64,000 bases of DNA from a virus. Numbering within the stretch: the first letter of the stretch is position 1; each line of letters begins with the position of its first letter. Positions 1 to 8,179 of this stretch are shown one piece after another. Under the pieces are notes generated by a model, which was given only the letters and a program-made list of their open reading frames with translations, had not been told where the DNA came from and searched no databases. The stretch covers positions 32,529-96,528 of IMG/VR virus record IMGVR_UViG_3300047409_000266; one strand, given 5' to 3'. The position numbers and the translations under genes are program-made.

Positions 1-168
1 GAGACAGTAGGTGTTCGACATACCATCGTTTGGCCGGTTCTCTTTTCCGAACCGGATCAGCTTGCTCGCTGCCTGGATAACCTCGGCGCATTCCTCCATC
101 AGGATCACAAGCAATTCGCGCTCGTAGTCCGTGAGCGTCACACCGTTGGGCTGGTAGCGTTCAGACAT
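1..168 (-). CDS. MazG-like/all-alpha NTP pyrophosphohydrolase family phage protein (3' end runs off the window)
   Basis: Manual minus-strand translation MSERYQPNGVTLTDYERELLVILMEECAEVIQAASKLIRFG... has the EECAEVIQAASK motif; preceded by TGAAAGGCCCGC-ATG. Confidence 0.55.
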   Translation of the reverse strand, partial: MSERYQPNGVTLTDYERELLVILMEECAEVIQAASKLIRFGKENRPNDGMSNTYCL

Positions 169-177
169 GCGGGCCTT

Positions 178-399
178 TCAGGCAGCGTGGTCGAGTAGGA
201 TTTGCGTGGCCTTGTTCTCAGCGTCGGCGCGAGACATGACGCGCTGGCCACCATCGCGGCCTGGGTAGCCCCAGGTTACATAGAACTCGCCCTTGCGGCC
301 GACCGGGTAGAAAGCCGCGTAGGCTTCACCAGCTACGGCACGCCACATTTTACGGCCTTTGGCGGTTCCATCCGGCATTACGACTTGCTGAAATTGCAT
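178..399 (-). CDS. hypothetical phage protein
   Basis: ORF 178..471; likely start at ATG 399 (MQFQQ...) with SD AAAGGAG. Confidence 0.55.
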   Translation of the reverse strand: MQFQQVVMPDGTAKGRKMWRAVAGEAYAAFYPVGRKGEFYVTWGYPGRDGGQRVMSRADAENKATQILLDHAA

Positions 400-448
400 G
401 GCGGTTCTCCTTTGGGCCTTTCGAATTAATCCCACCAGTTCAGGCGGG

Positions 449-510
449 TTTGTTCCAACGACTATTGACATACGCCTCGGGTGAGTTTATGTCAATGCCT
501 GTGGAACAAA
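449..510. promoter_or_regulatory. nested dyad with overlapping divergent sigma70-like promoters; possible res/operator site
   Basis: TTTGTTCCA(449-457)/TGGAACAAA(502-510) and ATTGACATA(464-472)/TATGTCAAT(488-496); TTGACA on both strands between divergent gene blocks. Confidence 0.6.
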
Positions 511-533
511 TTATTTTGGCATAGGCGCTGGGA

Positions 534-1145
534 ATGATTCGAACTTACATAAACGCCGCTTGCGGGGTTCCAGCCGCAGAACAGACGGCAATATGCCAAG
601 GTAAGGGCATGGATCGGAATGTTGTTTACACGGATAGTCGGACCAGTTTTCCCAAGGAACGGGCGGCGCTAATTAGTTCGCTGCGGGTCAATGGGAAGGG
701 CGACACAGTACTGGTGTCTGATTTGGAAGCGCTGGCAATCAATAAAAAGGACTTGCGCGCGATCAGGGCAGCCTTGAAGGCCAAGGGGGCGACAATCCTT
801 GAGGGCCGGACAAAACGGCGCTCCACGAACGCCGAACAGCTTGCAGACATGATCCAGGACGCCTTGGATCGATGGTCCCACAAGGGGCGACGATGGTCCA
901 ATGAGAAGGTACAGGCCGAGGATGCCAGCAAAGGCGGCAAAGCGTTGGCTGAGACCCGTGCCGGGCGGAAGGTGCCCGATCGCAGGGCGCTCCAAATCTG
1001 GCTGGATGGTCGGCTAACCGCTGATGAGGCCGTGGACCGCATCAACGGTATTCCAGGCTACGAACTGAACTGGACTCGATCGACGGCCTACCGCGATCTT
1101 GGCAGGCGCAAGCTTAAGACTGGCCCGATCTCGGGCAGAAAATAG
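534..1145 (+). CDS. serine resolvase/invertase-like protein, catalytic residues apparently lost
   Basis: Resolvase-like pattern (Y...Q...VYTD...R..L...GDTVLVSDL) and C-terminal HTH (TRSTAYRDL); YARVS replaced by YINAA and DRLGR by EALAI. Confidence 0.6.
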   Translation: MIRTYINAACGVPAAEQTAICQGKGMDRNVVYTDSRTSFPKERAALISSLRVNGKGDTVLVSDLEALAINKKDLRAIRAALKAKGATILEGRTKRRSTNAEQLADMIQDALDRWSHKGRRWSNEKVQAEDASKGGKALAETRAGRKVPDRRALQIWLDGRLTADEAVDRINGIPGYELNWTRSTAYRDLGRRKLKTGPISGRK

Positions 1146-1155
1146 GAGCCGAGCC

Positions 1156-1323
1156 GTGGGTTACGAACACCGCGAAGATTCACAGCAAATGGATTTCCGC
1201 AATGATCCAAAATCATGCGGGCATTGTTGGCGGTGCGGTGAGTTTCGTAGTTTGCGCTGTATCGAGCAGCATGGGTGGCTATGCCGTCCTTGTATAAAAA
1301 TTGACGAAGCCGAAAGCCGATAG
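1156..1323 (+). CDS. small Cys-rich (Zn-finger-like) protein
   Basis: GTG after GGAGCCG junction; CxxC motifs. Confidence 0.5.
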   Translation: MGYEHREDSQQMDFRNDPKSCGHCWRCGEFRSLRCIEQHGWLCRPCIKIDEAESR

Positions 1324-1333
1324 GGGCCGTTCT

Positions 1334-1576
1334 GTGAATGCCAAAACACCTTCATGCGTCATTGCAGATTGGCTCGCGCTCACCCGCGCCGGTCAGTGGA
1401 CCCCAATGGAGGCTGCGCGGGAGGTCGTCGGTAGGTTGAAGTTAGAGGGCTACGCTATCGTTCCGAAGGAGCCGACCGAAGAAATGATTGACGCTGGCGA
1501 AATGGCCGTTGCTGACAATATCATCGAAGACACAGCACTCGAAACATATCGTGCAATGATCGGCACGATTAAATAA
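1334..1576 (+). CDS. hypothetical phage protein (VPxEPTEEM motif)
   Basis: IVPKEPTEEMIDAG...YRAMI pattern common in small phage proteins. Confidence 0.6.
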   Translation: MNAKTPSCVIADWLALTRAGQWTPMEAAREVVGRLKLEGYAIVPKEPTEEMIDAGEMAVADNIIEDTALETYRAMIGTIK

Positions 1577-1656
1577 AAGGAGCCGCGCATGACTGACACG
1601 ACCTGCCTAGATGAAATCATGCGCGTCTGGGATGACCTCATGGATTTGATTTTACC

Positions 1657-1893
1657 GTGCCGATGGAAACGATTAGGAAATGGAAGAAGGCCGTGGCAGT
1701 AGAGCGTCTATTTGACTTGATGAATTTAATCTCTTGGGCCGAAGCTGAACTAGCGCGGGTAAAGAATCGAACGCCGCTAAGGAACGCTGACGTGAACCGT
1801 GAACCAAAGAGTTGGTATTGCGATCAGTGCCACGTCGAAGTTTACGAACGGCGCTGTCCTCACTGTGGGAAGCTGGAAAAAGACAAGTCCTAG
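1657..1893 (+). CDS. small protein with C-terminal Zn ribbon
   Basis: CDQC...CPHCG; stop abuts junction motif. Confidence 0.5.
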   Translation: MPMETIRKWKKAVAVERLFDLMNLISWAEAELARVKNRTPLRNADVNREPKSWYCDQCHVEVYERRCPHCGKLEKDKS

Positions 1894-2037
1894 AAAGGAG
1901 TCGACCCGTGATTGAGTTGACTCTTGTTCTCATCGCGCTGGCGCTCACAGTCTATTGCGGCTGGCATAAAATGTTCGGGATGTGGAAGTAAGAGGACTCA
2001 CTATGCCAAAATCGAAATGTTGTGAAGAAGCCGAGCG

Positions 2038-2142
2038 ATGAATTTTACGGGTTGGATACCGCCGGAGTTTTACGTGATCGTCAGTCTCGCGGTATTGGTG
2101 CTGTTCTTCGGTGGCTATTTCGTTTGGTCTATAGTCCATTAA
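2038..2142 (+). CDS. 34-aa membrane peptide
   Basis: Manual translation MNFTGWIPPEFYVIVSLAVLVLFFGGYFVWSIVH; stop is part of the junction motif. Confidence 0.45.
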   Translation: MNFTGWIPPEFYVIVSLAVLVLFFGGYFVWSIVH

Positions 2143-2154
2143 AGGAGCCGAGTC

Positions 2155-2295
2155 ATGATCAAATATGAAAATCAGTACGGCGCGGAAATGGCATGGGCTA
2201 ATTTTCACAAGCTGGTGTTTTACGGCACGGCTCGCTGGCCGTCTTACTGCTACTGGATTGTCCCCGGCACGATCACTGATTTAGAACGAATGTGA
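2155..2295 (+). CDS. 46-aa hypothetical protein
   Basis: Manual translation MIKYENQYGAEMAWANF...; junction motif on both sides. Confidence 0.5.
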   Translation: MIKYENQYGAEMAWANFHKLVFYGTARWPSYCYWIVPGTITDLERM

Positions 2296-2304
2296 AGGGA
2301 GCCC

Positions 2305-2460
2305 GTGATGGAGAAGGACATGCTGGAATTTTTGACGATCCAGGCCATCATGAATAATTACCGATGGACAACTGCTCCTGAACGACAGGATAAGTTGGAA
2401 CAGCGCGGGCTTCAGTTAGCTGAACTGCTCGCGCTCAGCATCGCCAACCGTGGCAGATAA
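2305..2460 (+). CDS. 51-aa hypothetical protein
   Basis: Manual translation; junction motif on both sides. Confidence 0.5.
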   Translation: MMEKDMLEFLTIQAIMNNYRWTTAPERQDKLEQRGLQLAELLALSIANRGR

Positions 2461-2472
2461 AGGAGGCTTGGC

Positions 2473-2814
2473 GTGAGAATGTTCACGATCATGGTCGCGA
2501 CGTATCGCATGGACAATGAGATTGTGGACGCGCGTACATTTGGCACGCCATATCTATGCGTCTGTATGCCGTGGGACATGATCGCATCACACGAAAGACA
2601 GGCGCACAAAAATCATAGTCAGACACTTGAGAGGCTTAATGAGCGCGGCGGACTTTCCGCGTGTGAGGCGCTGGCGGTTCTTGAGGATCGCGAATATCGG
2701 CGGATGCCGAAGGGTGCAGCCAACCACGAACTGTGTCGCAAGATTGCCGATTGGATAGACGAACAATGCGTTCCTGATCCTGCGAACGCTAATTCATCTC
2801 AGGCCCTTGCCTGA
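2473..2814 (+). CDS. hypothetical phage protein (NHxQTLERLxERGGL motif)
   Basis: ORF track; strong SD AGGAGG. Confidence 0.65.
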   Translation: MRMFTIMVATYRMDNEIVDARTFGTPYLCVCMPWDMIASHERQAHKNHSQTLERLNERGGLSACEALAVLEDREYRRMPKGAANHELCRKIADWIDEQCVPDPANANSSQALA

Positions 2815-2827
2815 CGAAAGGAGCCCG

Positions 2828-2965
2828 ATGCGCAAAAAGCCGAAAACAAAGAAGCGGCGAAAGGAAAAGCGATTGACCTGCTTTTGTACCGCCATCTGTT
2901 TTGGAAATGCAAAGCGCGGGCAAATCTGCAAGATGTATGATCCTAGAATTAAGTTGAACCATTAA
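2828..2965 (+). CDS. 45-aa basic Cys-containing peptide
   Basis: Manual translation MRKKPKTKKRRKEKRLTCFCTAIC...; junction motif on both sides. Confidence 0.45.
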   Translation: MRKKPKTKKRRKEKRLTCFCTAICFGNAKRGQICKMYDPRIKLNH

Positions 2966-2979
2966 AGGAGCGAGTTTGT

Positions 2980-3091
2980 GGCGGGGTAGTTCAAGTCTCT
3001 ATAAGAACGGCTCATGCAACGACAAGGTAGCTAGCATACTACGTCGCCAAGATGAGCAGATCGCGGGTATGGAATCCCGCACCCGCAGCCA
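2980..3091 (+). ncRNA. tRNA-like RNA with greatly expanded anticodon arm and 3' CCA
   Basis: Acceptor GGCGGGG/ACCCGCA + G + CCA, U8A9, D stem GTTC/GAAC, GCTCAT/ATGAGC stem enclosing 36 nt, variable AGATC, T stem GCGGG/CCCGC. Confidence 0.55.
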
Positions 3092-3109
3092 AATGAAAGG
3101 AGCCGCGTT

Positions 3110-3304
3110 GTGACCATCAGATGCGCCGACTGCGGCAAGTTCATTCCGACAACTCAGCTTGTGGACGACAGCGCGCGTTTCTTTTATCAACCCGATAGTG
3201 AATACGGCCATGAGATTTCGGAATGGACCTGTGCCGGTTGTGTTCAAAAAGAAAAACGACAGGCAGAAACCGAAGAACGTAAGCATCAGAATGAATTAGG
3301 ATAG
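3110..3304 (+). CDS. small Zn-finger-like protein
   Basis: CADCG...CAGC; junction motif on both sides. Confidence 0.55.
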   Translation: MTIRCADCGKFIPTTQLVDDSARFFYQPDSEYGHEISEWTCAGCVQKEKRQAETEERKHQNELG

Positions 3305-3353
3305 GAGGCCAAAATGTTTGGTGACGGTGGAACAGAATTCTGAAAGGGACGCT

Positions 3354-3539
3354 GTGACCGAGATTGAACGCTTGCGCCGCGCCCTGCAAAAGATTGCAGA
3401 CTTGCCGGTGGAGAAATTTCCGGGGGCTAAGTTCGATCCGAACTTGCGCGCCAGACGTATTGCTATTGCAGCGCTAGGTGGCGACCCGGAAAGTGCAGAC
3501 CATGAGAAGTTTTATTTGGTAAAAGGGACGCCATCATGA
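3354..3539 (+). CDS. hypothetical phage protein (EIERLRxAL motif)
   Basis: GTG after AAAGGGACGC; in frame with ORF 3318..3539. Confidence 0.55.
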   Translation: MTEIERLRRALQKIADLPVEKFPGAKFDPNLRARRIAIAALGGDPESADHEKFYLVKGTPS

Positions 3540-3727
3540 ACTTGATTAAGCCCGAAGTCTGGTCGCGATGTGACGCTCAGTGTTATGGGCTATCGCGGCT
3601 TACTGGCTGGCGAGCCATTCAGAATTAAAGGGACGCTGTGACGCCATTTGAGGCAACTTTTGTTATGGTGGTGGGAACAGTTATTTTTCTCATCATTCTA
3701 CACACAGGCAGAAGGTAGGAGCGAAAA

Positions 3728-3943
3728 ATGTATGACCTCTTAATGAGCAATGGAATCATGTTTGGTTTTGGCGGCATCGTGGGCTTTCTGATTGGTCAGA
3801 AAGTTACGAAGTGGCCAAGCGAGCAAGCAATGATGGACCGGTTAGTCATTGAAGCTACGCAACGCAGAATGCTCGGCGTCACTCAAAAAGACATTGAGCA
3901 TAATATCGAAACCCGCGTTGAGGCTAATCTGAACAAAATCTGA
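3728..3943 (+). CDS. small membrane-anchored protein
   Basis: N-terminal hydrophobic segment; junction motif on both sides. Confidence 0.55.
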   Translation: MYDLLMSNGIMFGFGGIVGFLIGQKVTKWPSEQAMMDRLVIEATQRRMLGVTQKDIEHNIETRVEANLNKI

Positions 3944-4280
3944 AAGGGACGCAAATGGCTGCCGCCGTAGCAATCAGGCATATTGCGCAAGGTATCTGCC
4001 GAGTAGTTAGCAGAGGTTGCGTCATGGACGAAAAGCCGAAGCGTCCTGTATGCACGGCGAAGAATTGTCGAATGGTTCGGATCGCGCACATGGCCGTTAA
4101 ATCGGCGCTGGAACAGACCAAGTAAGGGACCGCGATCCGTGAAGCAATTCGGAATATCAGGCGAATGTTTAGACCATGTCGCTGAAATGCGAGAGCGAGA
4201 GAGAGACAAATATCTCCGGTCGTACTCAACTTGGTTTCGGAGACTTTTGCACTGGCTAGGATTGGAGTGAAAGGGACGCC

Positions 4281-4514
4281 ATGACGCGCACAGAGGCAGA
4301 AGCCGAAATGGTTCAGGGGTTCATGGACGGCTATGACGTGGATTGTCCGGTGCCAAGTCTCAATCGCAGCTATAGTTATCGGCACGGGTTTTTGAACGGT
4401 CGCGATGACAAAGTTCTCAAGCGTCCGCGAGACACCGCAGAGCGATTACGCGAGATAGCCGAGGACTGTATCGCACTCGATTGCGGTGAAGTCGTTTTGG
4501 CGCAGATGGCATAG
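4281..4514 (+). CDS. hypothetical phage protein
   Basis: ORF track; SxNRSxSYRHGFxNGRDD pattern; junction-flanked. Confidence 0.6.
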   Translation: MTRTEAEAEMVQGFMDGYDVDCPVPSLNRSYSYRHGFLNGRDDKVLKRPRDTAERLREIAEDCIALDCGEVVLAQMA

Positions 4515-4530
4515 AGCCGAAAGGGACGCC

Positions 4531-4848
4531 GTGCTGATCCCCTGTGATATGGGCTCCGAATGTTACTGGCCAGCGTGCAATCTAGATTGCCGTGGGCGGA
4601 TCATGGAGGCCAAAACGCTTAGCGTGGCTGTGCCAATTGCCGATAAGGTAAACCGCTGCGAAACCTGTGGCGTCGATACCGACTTTATTCACGACCACAA
4701 GTCGGACAACTCCGGTTTAGATGACGGCCCTTACTTACCTGGGTGTAGGCCACGGAAGCGGCCAGTTCGCAGGGACGATCTTGGCGAGGTGCGCAAGCGG
4801 GCGTGGCAAACGCGGCGCACTAAATACGGCAGCAGGGGGCACAGATAG
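4531..4848 (+). CDS. hypothetical protein (RxRAWxTRRxKYG C-terminus)
   Basis: GTG after junction; in frame with ORF 4486..4848. Confidence 0.55.
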   Translation: MLIPCDMGSECYWPACNLDCRGRIMEAKTLSVAVPIADKVNRCETCGVDTDFIHDHKSDNSGLDDGPYLPGCRPRKRPVRRDDLGEVRKRAWQTRRTKYGSRGHR

Positions 4849-4850
4849 CA

Positions 4851-5021
4851 ATGAAAACACTTGGCCAGCTTTCCTATGAACGCGATCTTGAGTTGCGCCC
4901 GCTCTATCACGATGGCGAGCGACGTAAGCCATGGGAGAAACTTAGCGAGATTTGCAGGTGGAGTTGGAATCGACCGATACCTATTCCAGCGCGGGAGGAC
5001 GGCGATGGCGCGCGGGTTTGA
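4851..5021 (+). CDS. 56-aa hypothetical phage protein
   Basis: Manual translation MKTLGQLSYERDLELRPLYHDGERRKPWEKLSE... Confidence 0.5.
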   Translation: MKTLGQLSYERDLELRPLYHDGERRKPWEKLSEICRWSWNRPIPIPAREDGDGARV

Positions 5022-5169
5022 TCGTTTTGAGGAAGGCGAGCGACTGATCAATATGCTGCTCAAATCTAGCGAATGTGGCGGCATGGGAATGAACGAGACG
5101 CCATGTGAATATTTGCGGCGACTACTCGATGTACTTAAAAACGCAACAATCATGCTTGAGGAATGAGCC

Positions 5170-5364
5170 ATGACTATGAAGGTTGAATGTTATTTCTGCG
5201 GCGACGATTGCTCAACCGCACACGCGACCTGGCATGGCTACCCGTGTCACATCATGTGCATTCCAGCAAAGCCAAAGAAAACCGTGAGTGAAGTTGCTAC
5301 ACCGCAACCAATGCGGACTGGCGGCGTGCCAGTCTTTGCCCGTGTCAATGGCACAGAAATATAA
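5170..5364 (+). CDS. small Cys-rich protein
   Basis: CYFCG...CHIMC; stop in junction motif. Confidence 0.5.
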   Translation: MTMKVECYFCGDDCSTAHATWHGYPCHIMCIPAKPKKTVSEVATPQPMRTGGVPVFARVNGTEI

Positions 5365-5374
5365 AGGGACCGCG

Positions 5375-5566
5375 ATGGCACGCAAAAAGAAGAAAGACGG
5401 CAAGCACATTTGCAAATGCGAATGTGGCGGCGAGGTTCGCGGCGTTGAAAGCCTGGGGCGCATGTTTACATGGTGCGAGAAATGCACGCCCATCACTAAG
5501 ATCGCGCCCGATGCAATTGCGTCATGGTATCACGGCGACATCGACGGTGATGGATCGCTGGCATAG
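5375..5566 (+). CDS. small Zn-ribbon protein
   Basis: ATG after junction; CKCECG...CEKC. Confidence 0.55.
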   Translation: MARKKKKDGKHICKCECGGEVRGVESLGRMFTWCEKCTPITKIAPDAIASWYHGDIDGDGSLA

Positions 5567-5585
5567 AGCCGAAAGGGACCGCGAC

Positions 5586-6146
5586 GTGTGGCCTACGGAA
5601 TATCGATTGATTAAAACTCTGCGAGAGCGCGCAGACTTAAAGCAACGCAACGTCTGCTATTGGTGTGCCATGCCAATGTTGAATGATGTGACGGCTGAAC
5701 ATTTGATCCCTCGACACGCGGGCGGCAAAACTGTTGCGGGAAACATCGTGGCGGCACATCGCAAATGCAATAGCGGACGGCAACACCAAGACCCATTAAG
5801 ACGACAAGAACAGTTGCAAAATGCGTTGCGAAATTCTTTGCAACGAACGTGCATGGAGGTCGTGGTGCCAGTCAACAAATTTTATAATGATAATTTTACG
5901 GCGGCAGAGTTGGCCGACGCGATTGAACTCGGTTCTGCAATTTCTATACGGCGAGATCAGAAGTGGGTAACGTATCGAATGCGCCCGCTGTTCTCAAAGA
6001 TGGTGGCTAGAGCAATTCGACTTGGTTGTCCTAGCGAATGCTGGCACGCGAAGATAGATGACGGGGCGATGTTAAAATGTAGCTTGAAGGGTGGCCATGG
6101 CGGTCAACATAAAATGGCTGTCATTGCTACGCAGGACGAATTTTGA
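5586..6146 (+). CDS. HNH endonuclease
   Basis: CYWC...TAEHLIPRHAGG...NIVAAHRKCN. Confidence 0.8.
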   Translation: MWPTEYRLIKTLRERADLKQRNVCYWCAMPMLNDVTAEHLIPRHAGGKTVAGNIVAAHRKCNSGRQHQDPLRRQEQLQNALRNSLQRTCMEVVVPVNKFYNDNFTAAELADAIELGSAISIRRDQKWVTYRMRPLFSKMVARAIRLGCPSECWHAKIDDGAMLKCSLKGGHGGQHKMAVIATQDEF

Positions 6147-6832
6147 AAGGGACGCAGCGTGTGGGGCGAAGTATACTCGACTGGATGGGGAATGCCGCTC
6201 ATGTTTTGCCGGGTTTGCGGTGGGCGCGTAGGTGACGGCGCGTGCCCGCGTCACCCGCAAGCGCCAGAAGGAATGCAAATGCTGATCGACAAATATCTTG
6301 GCTTGCTAGTTGGCAGGCACGTAGAACAGACAACTTAAAGGCACGAGCCATGAGCATTCGGATTGCTGGAAGCATGACGAGGCTAGCGGAGCGCAATGCG
6401 TTCGAGCGAGTTGCGCGTTGGCATTCTCGAATGTCTAAGCTGGCCAAAAACAGTGAAGAAAAATATTGGCACTTGAACGCAGCCAAGGTGTTCCGATCAT
6501 GGAAGCGCCGTGGGATTCAAACTTAGAGGACCACGCTTGGCCTTAGAGCTAAAATATAGTCCGCGCTTTATAAACCGCCTGCAACGATTGGCGCGCGGCG
6601 CGACTTATCCGATTTGGTCAATGACAAGTTTCAAGGCTTCAGTAAGTAAACCGAAGCCGATACGGCAAGACAAACTGAAACGCAGGAAATAGGGACCGCG
6701 CAGTGAACTTGATTGATGTTCTACGAGAAGGCGGCGAACCTGCAATGCAGATGATTAGTGGATTTATTTTTATTTTCGGACTGCTCATTGAGTTGATTTG
6801 GATTGCTGACGAGATTCAAAAATAGGGGAGAT

Positions 6833-7306
6833 TTATCGCCGCTGTGCCTTCATCCGCCTAAAACTTTCTGGCTGGTCCCAAAGTCCTTGCCAAATACCGC
6901 GCAGATTCTCACGCGCCTCCGCCTCCGCAGCGGCATAAACTCCCTTGGAATATCTGGCGTAATCTATCGCCATTCCAGCGCGGACCATTTGCTCACCCAG
7001 GTCTTTGCCATCGACTGAACACGTCGCAATGATTCGATTATAAATATCGATGGTGCCTGTCAAACATTCAACGCGCTTGTTCAGGATCAAACTCAGAAGA
7101 TACGTCCTGGCGGCCACGCCGCAGCGGTATGGCGTATGATTGGCATCAAGGCATGTCTGATCGAGCTCTGGCGCGTCCACGCCATAGAGCCGGACGCGCT
7201 TACCACCAACAATCAAAGAATCGCCATCCGTGACCTTCACATCGTTGTCGACCAGCGTGAAAGCTGCGACCAGGATGCCAATGGCAAGTGCTGCAATGCG
7301 AATCAT
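6833..7306 (-). CDS. thermonuclease (SNase-like) family protein
   Basis: Signal/TM, VTDGDSL, RVRLYGVDAPEL, DxYxR, AEAEAR...RGIW. Confidence 0.9.
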   Translation of the reverse strand: MIRIAALAIGILVAAFTLVDNDVKVTDGDSLIVGGKRVRLYGVDAPELDQTCLDANHTPYRCGVAARTYLLSLILNKRVECLTGTIDIYNRIIATCSVDGKDLGEQMVRAGMAIDYARYSKGVYAAAEAEARENLRGIWQGLWDQPESFRRMKAQRR

Positions 7307-7539
7307 TTTAACCTCTTAAAGCCAAGATGCTCGGCAAGAGACCTTGAGATCTCGCACTGTGGCATTGGGATAAAATCGACGTTGTCGTTGTTCTTCAAAG
7401 CGGTGCGCATATTTATGATGATATCACGCTGCGCATCAAGGTATCCGCACGAATATGCCAGACTTGCGCGATTTGCCAAAAACACGATAGCCACGAACGC
7501 AACAGCCAAAGTGCAACTTCCAATAATTCTCCAGATCAT
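7303..7539 (-). CDS. small membrane protein
   Basis: ORF track; stop/start overlaps with neighbours. Confidence 0.55.
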   Translation of the reverse strand: MIWRIIGSCTLAVAFVAIVFLANRASLAYSCGYLDAQRDIIINMRTALKNNDNVDFIPMPQCEISRSLAEHLGFKRLK

Positions 7540-7757
7540 TTCCAGCCTCCCTTAAGAATACGGTCGGCACGTCGCAGATTGCCGATGTTGAATTTTGCTC
7601 TGAACATCACTCTACGTTGTCGCGGTGCGGTAAGTCCTGGATGAAACCGTGGAGGTGCGGCATCCCATTCGCCGGCTTCGAGTGCGAACGGTTCAAGTGC
7701 TCGCTTGAGCGCTCTGATGCGGCGGCGCAGGCGGCCGTATTTGGTTGGCTTCCTCAC
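7536..7757 (-). CDS. hypothetical protein
   Basis: ORF track; translationally coupled. Confidence 0.55.
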   Translation of the reverse strand: MRKPTKYGRLRRRIRALKRALEPFALEAGEWDAAPPRFHPGLTAPRQRRVMFRAKFNIGNLRRADRILKGGWK

Positions 7758-8179
7758 CGGCTGAACCCCCGTGATTGCAGTTTCCGGCCGCTGTTCCAGG
7801 GGTGTTTCCTCCCTGGGATCGATCCTGTGCGTTTTCGAGGCTTCCCAGGTTGTCGGGTAGCGACCGTCTGCCGAGACGCAACCAGTGCCTTCGCCAAGCG
7901 GTCGGCCTTGCGCATTTCGGGAATGTCCTTTTTGGCGGTCTTATCTTTGTGGGCTTTCCGGAATCGCCACGTCACGTTCCACGGCTGGTGAGGGTTGACG
8001 CCTTGCTTGATCGCGTCGTCGTACCGGATCGGGTAATGGTCTCGAGCGAACAAAGAAATCACCATATCTGCGGTCATCTGCTTCGCATGCTCATACGGAA
8101 TCGCAGGTTTGCCGTCTGGACCAGGGATCTGCAATAGCGCGGCGGCAAGCTGCACCTTCATTGGGATATGTCTACTCAT
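7754..8179 (-). CDS. HNH-like phage protein
   Basis: DHYPI...HQPWN...HKDKT; start at ATG 8179. Confidence 0.55.
   Translation of the reverse strand: MSRHIPMKVQLAAALLQIPGPDGKPAIPYEHAKQMTADMVISLFARDHYPIRYDDAIKQGVNPHQPWNVTWRFRKAHKDKTAKKDIPEMRKADRLAKALVASRQTVATRQPGKPRKRTGSIPGRKHPWNSGRKLQSRGFSR

Larger units (their letters stand above)
1143..6825 (+). repeat. array of about 28 mini-cassettes joined by a recurring stop-AAAGGAGCCG / stop-AAAGGGAC(G/C)C junction motif
   Basis: Motif variants near 1143,1321,1574,1891,2140,2293,2458,2812,2963,3094,3302,3341,3520,3626,3716,3941,4123,4268,4512,5362,5564,6144,6336,6690; nearly all followed within about 15 nt by a start codon. Confidence 0.75.

Noticed and set aside
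534-1145. Prophage integrase marking an attachment boundary
   Set aside because: Too short for a large serine integrase, catalytic residues absent, and phage-like genes continue on both sides
2980-3091. Canonical tRNA-Met
   Set aside because: CAT lies in a stem rather than a 7-nt loop, and the D-loop GG and T-loop TTC are missing
1143-6825. CRISPR array or classical integron
   Set aside because: Repeats are only about 10 bp and degenerate, spacers vary from about 40 to over 800 bp and are ORFs; no cas genes, attC-like palindromes or tyrosine integrase seen
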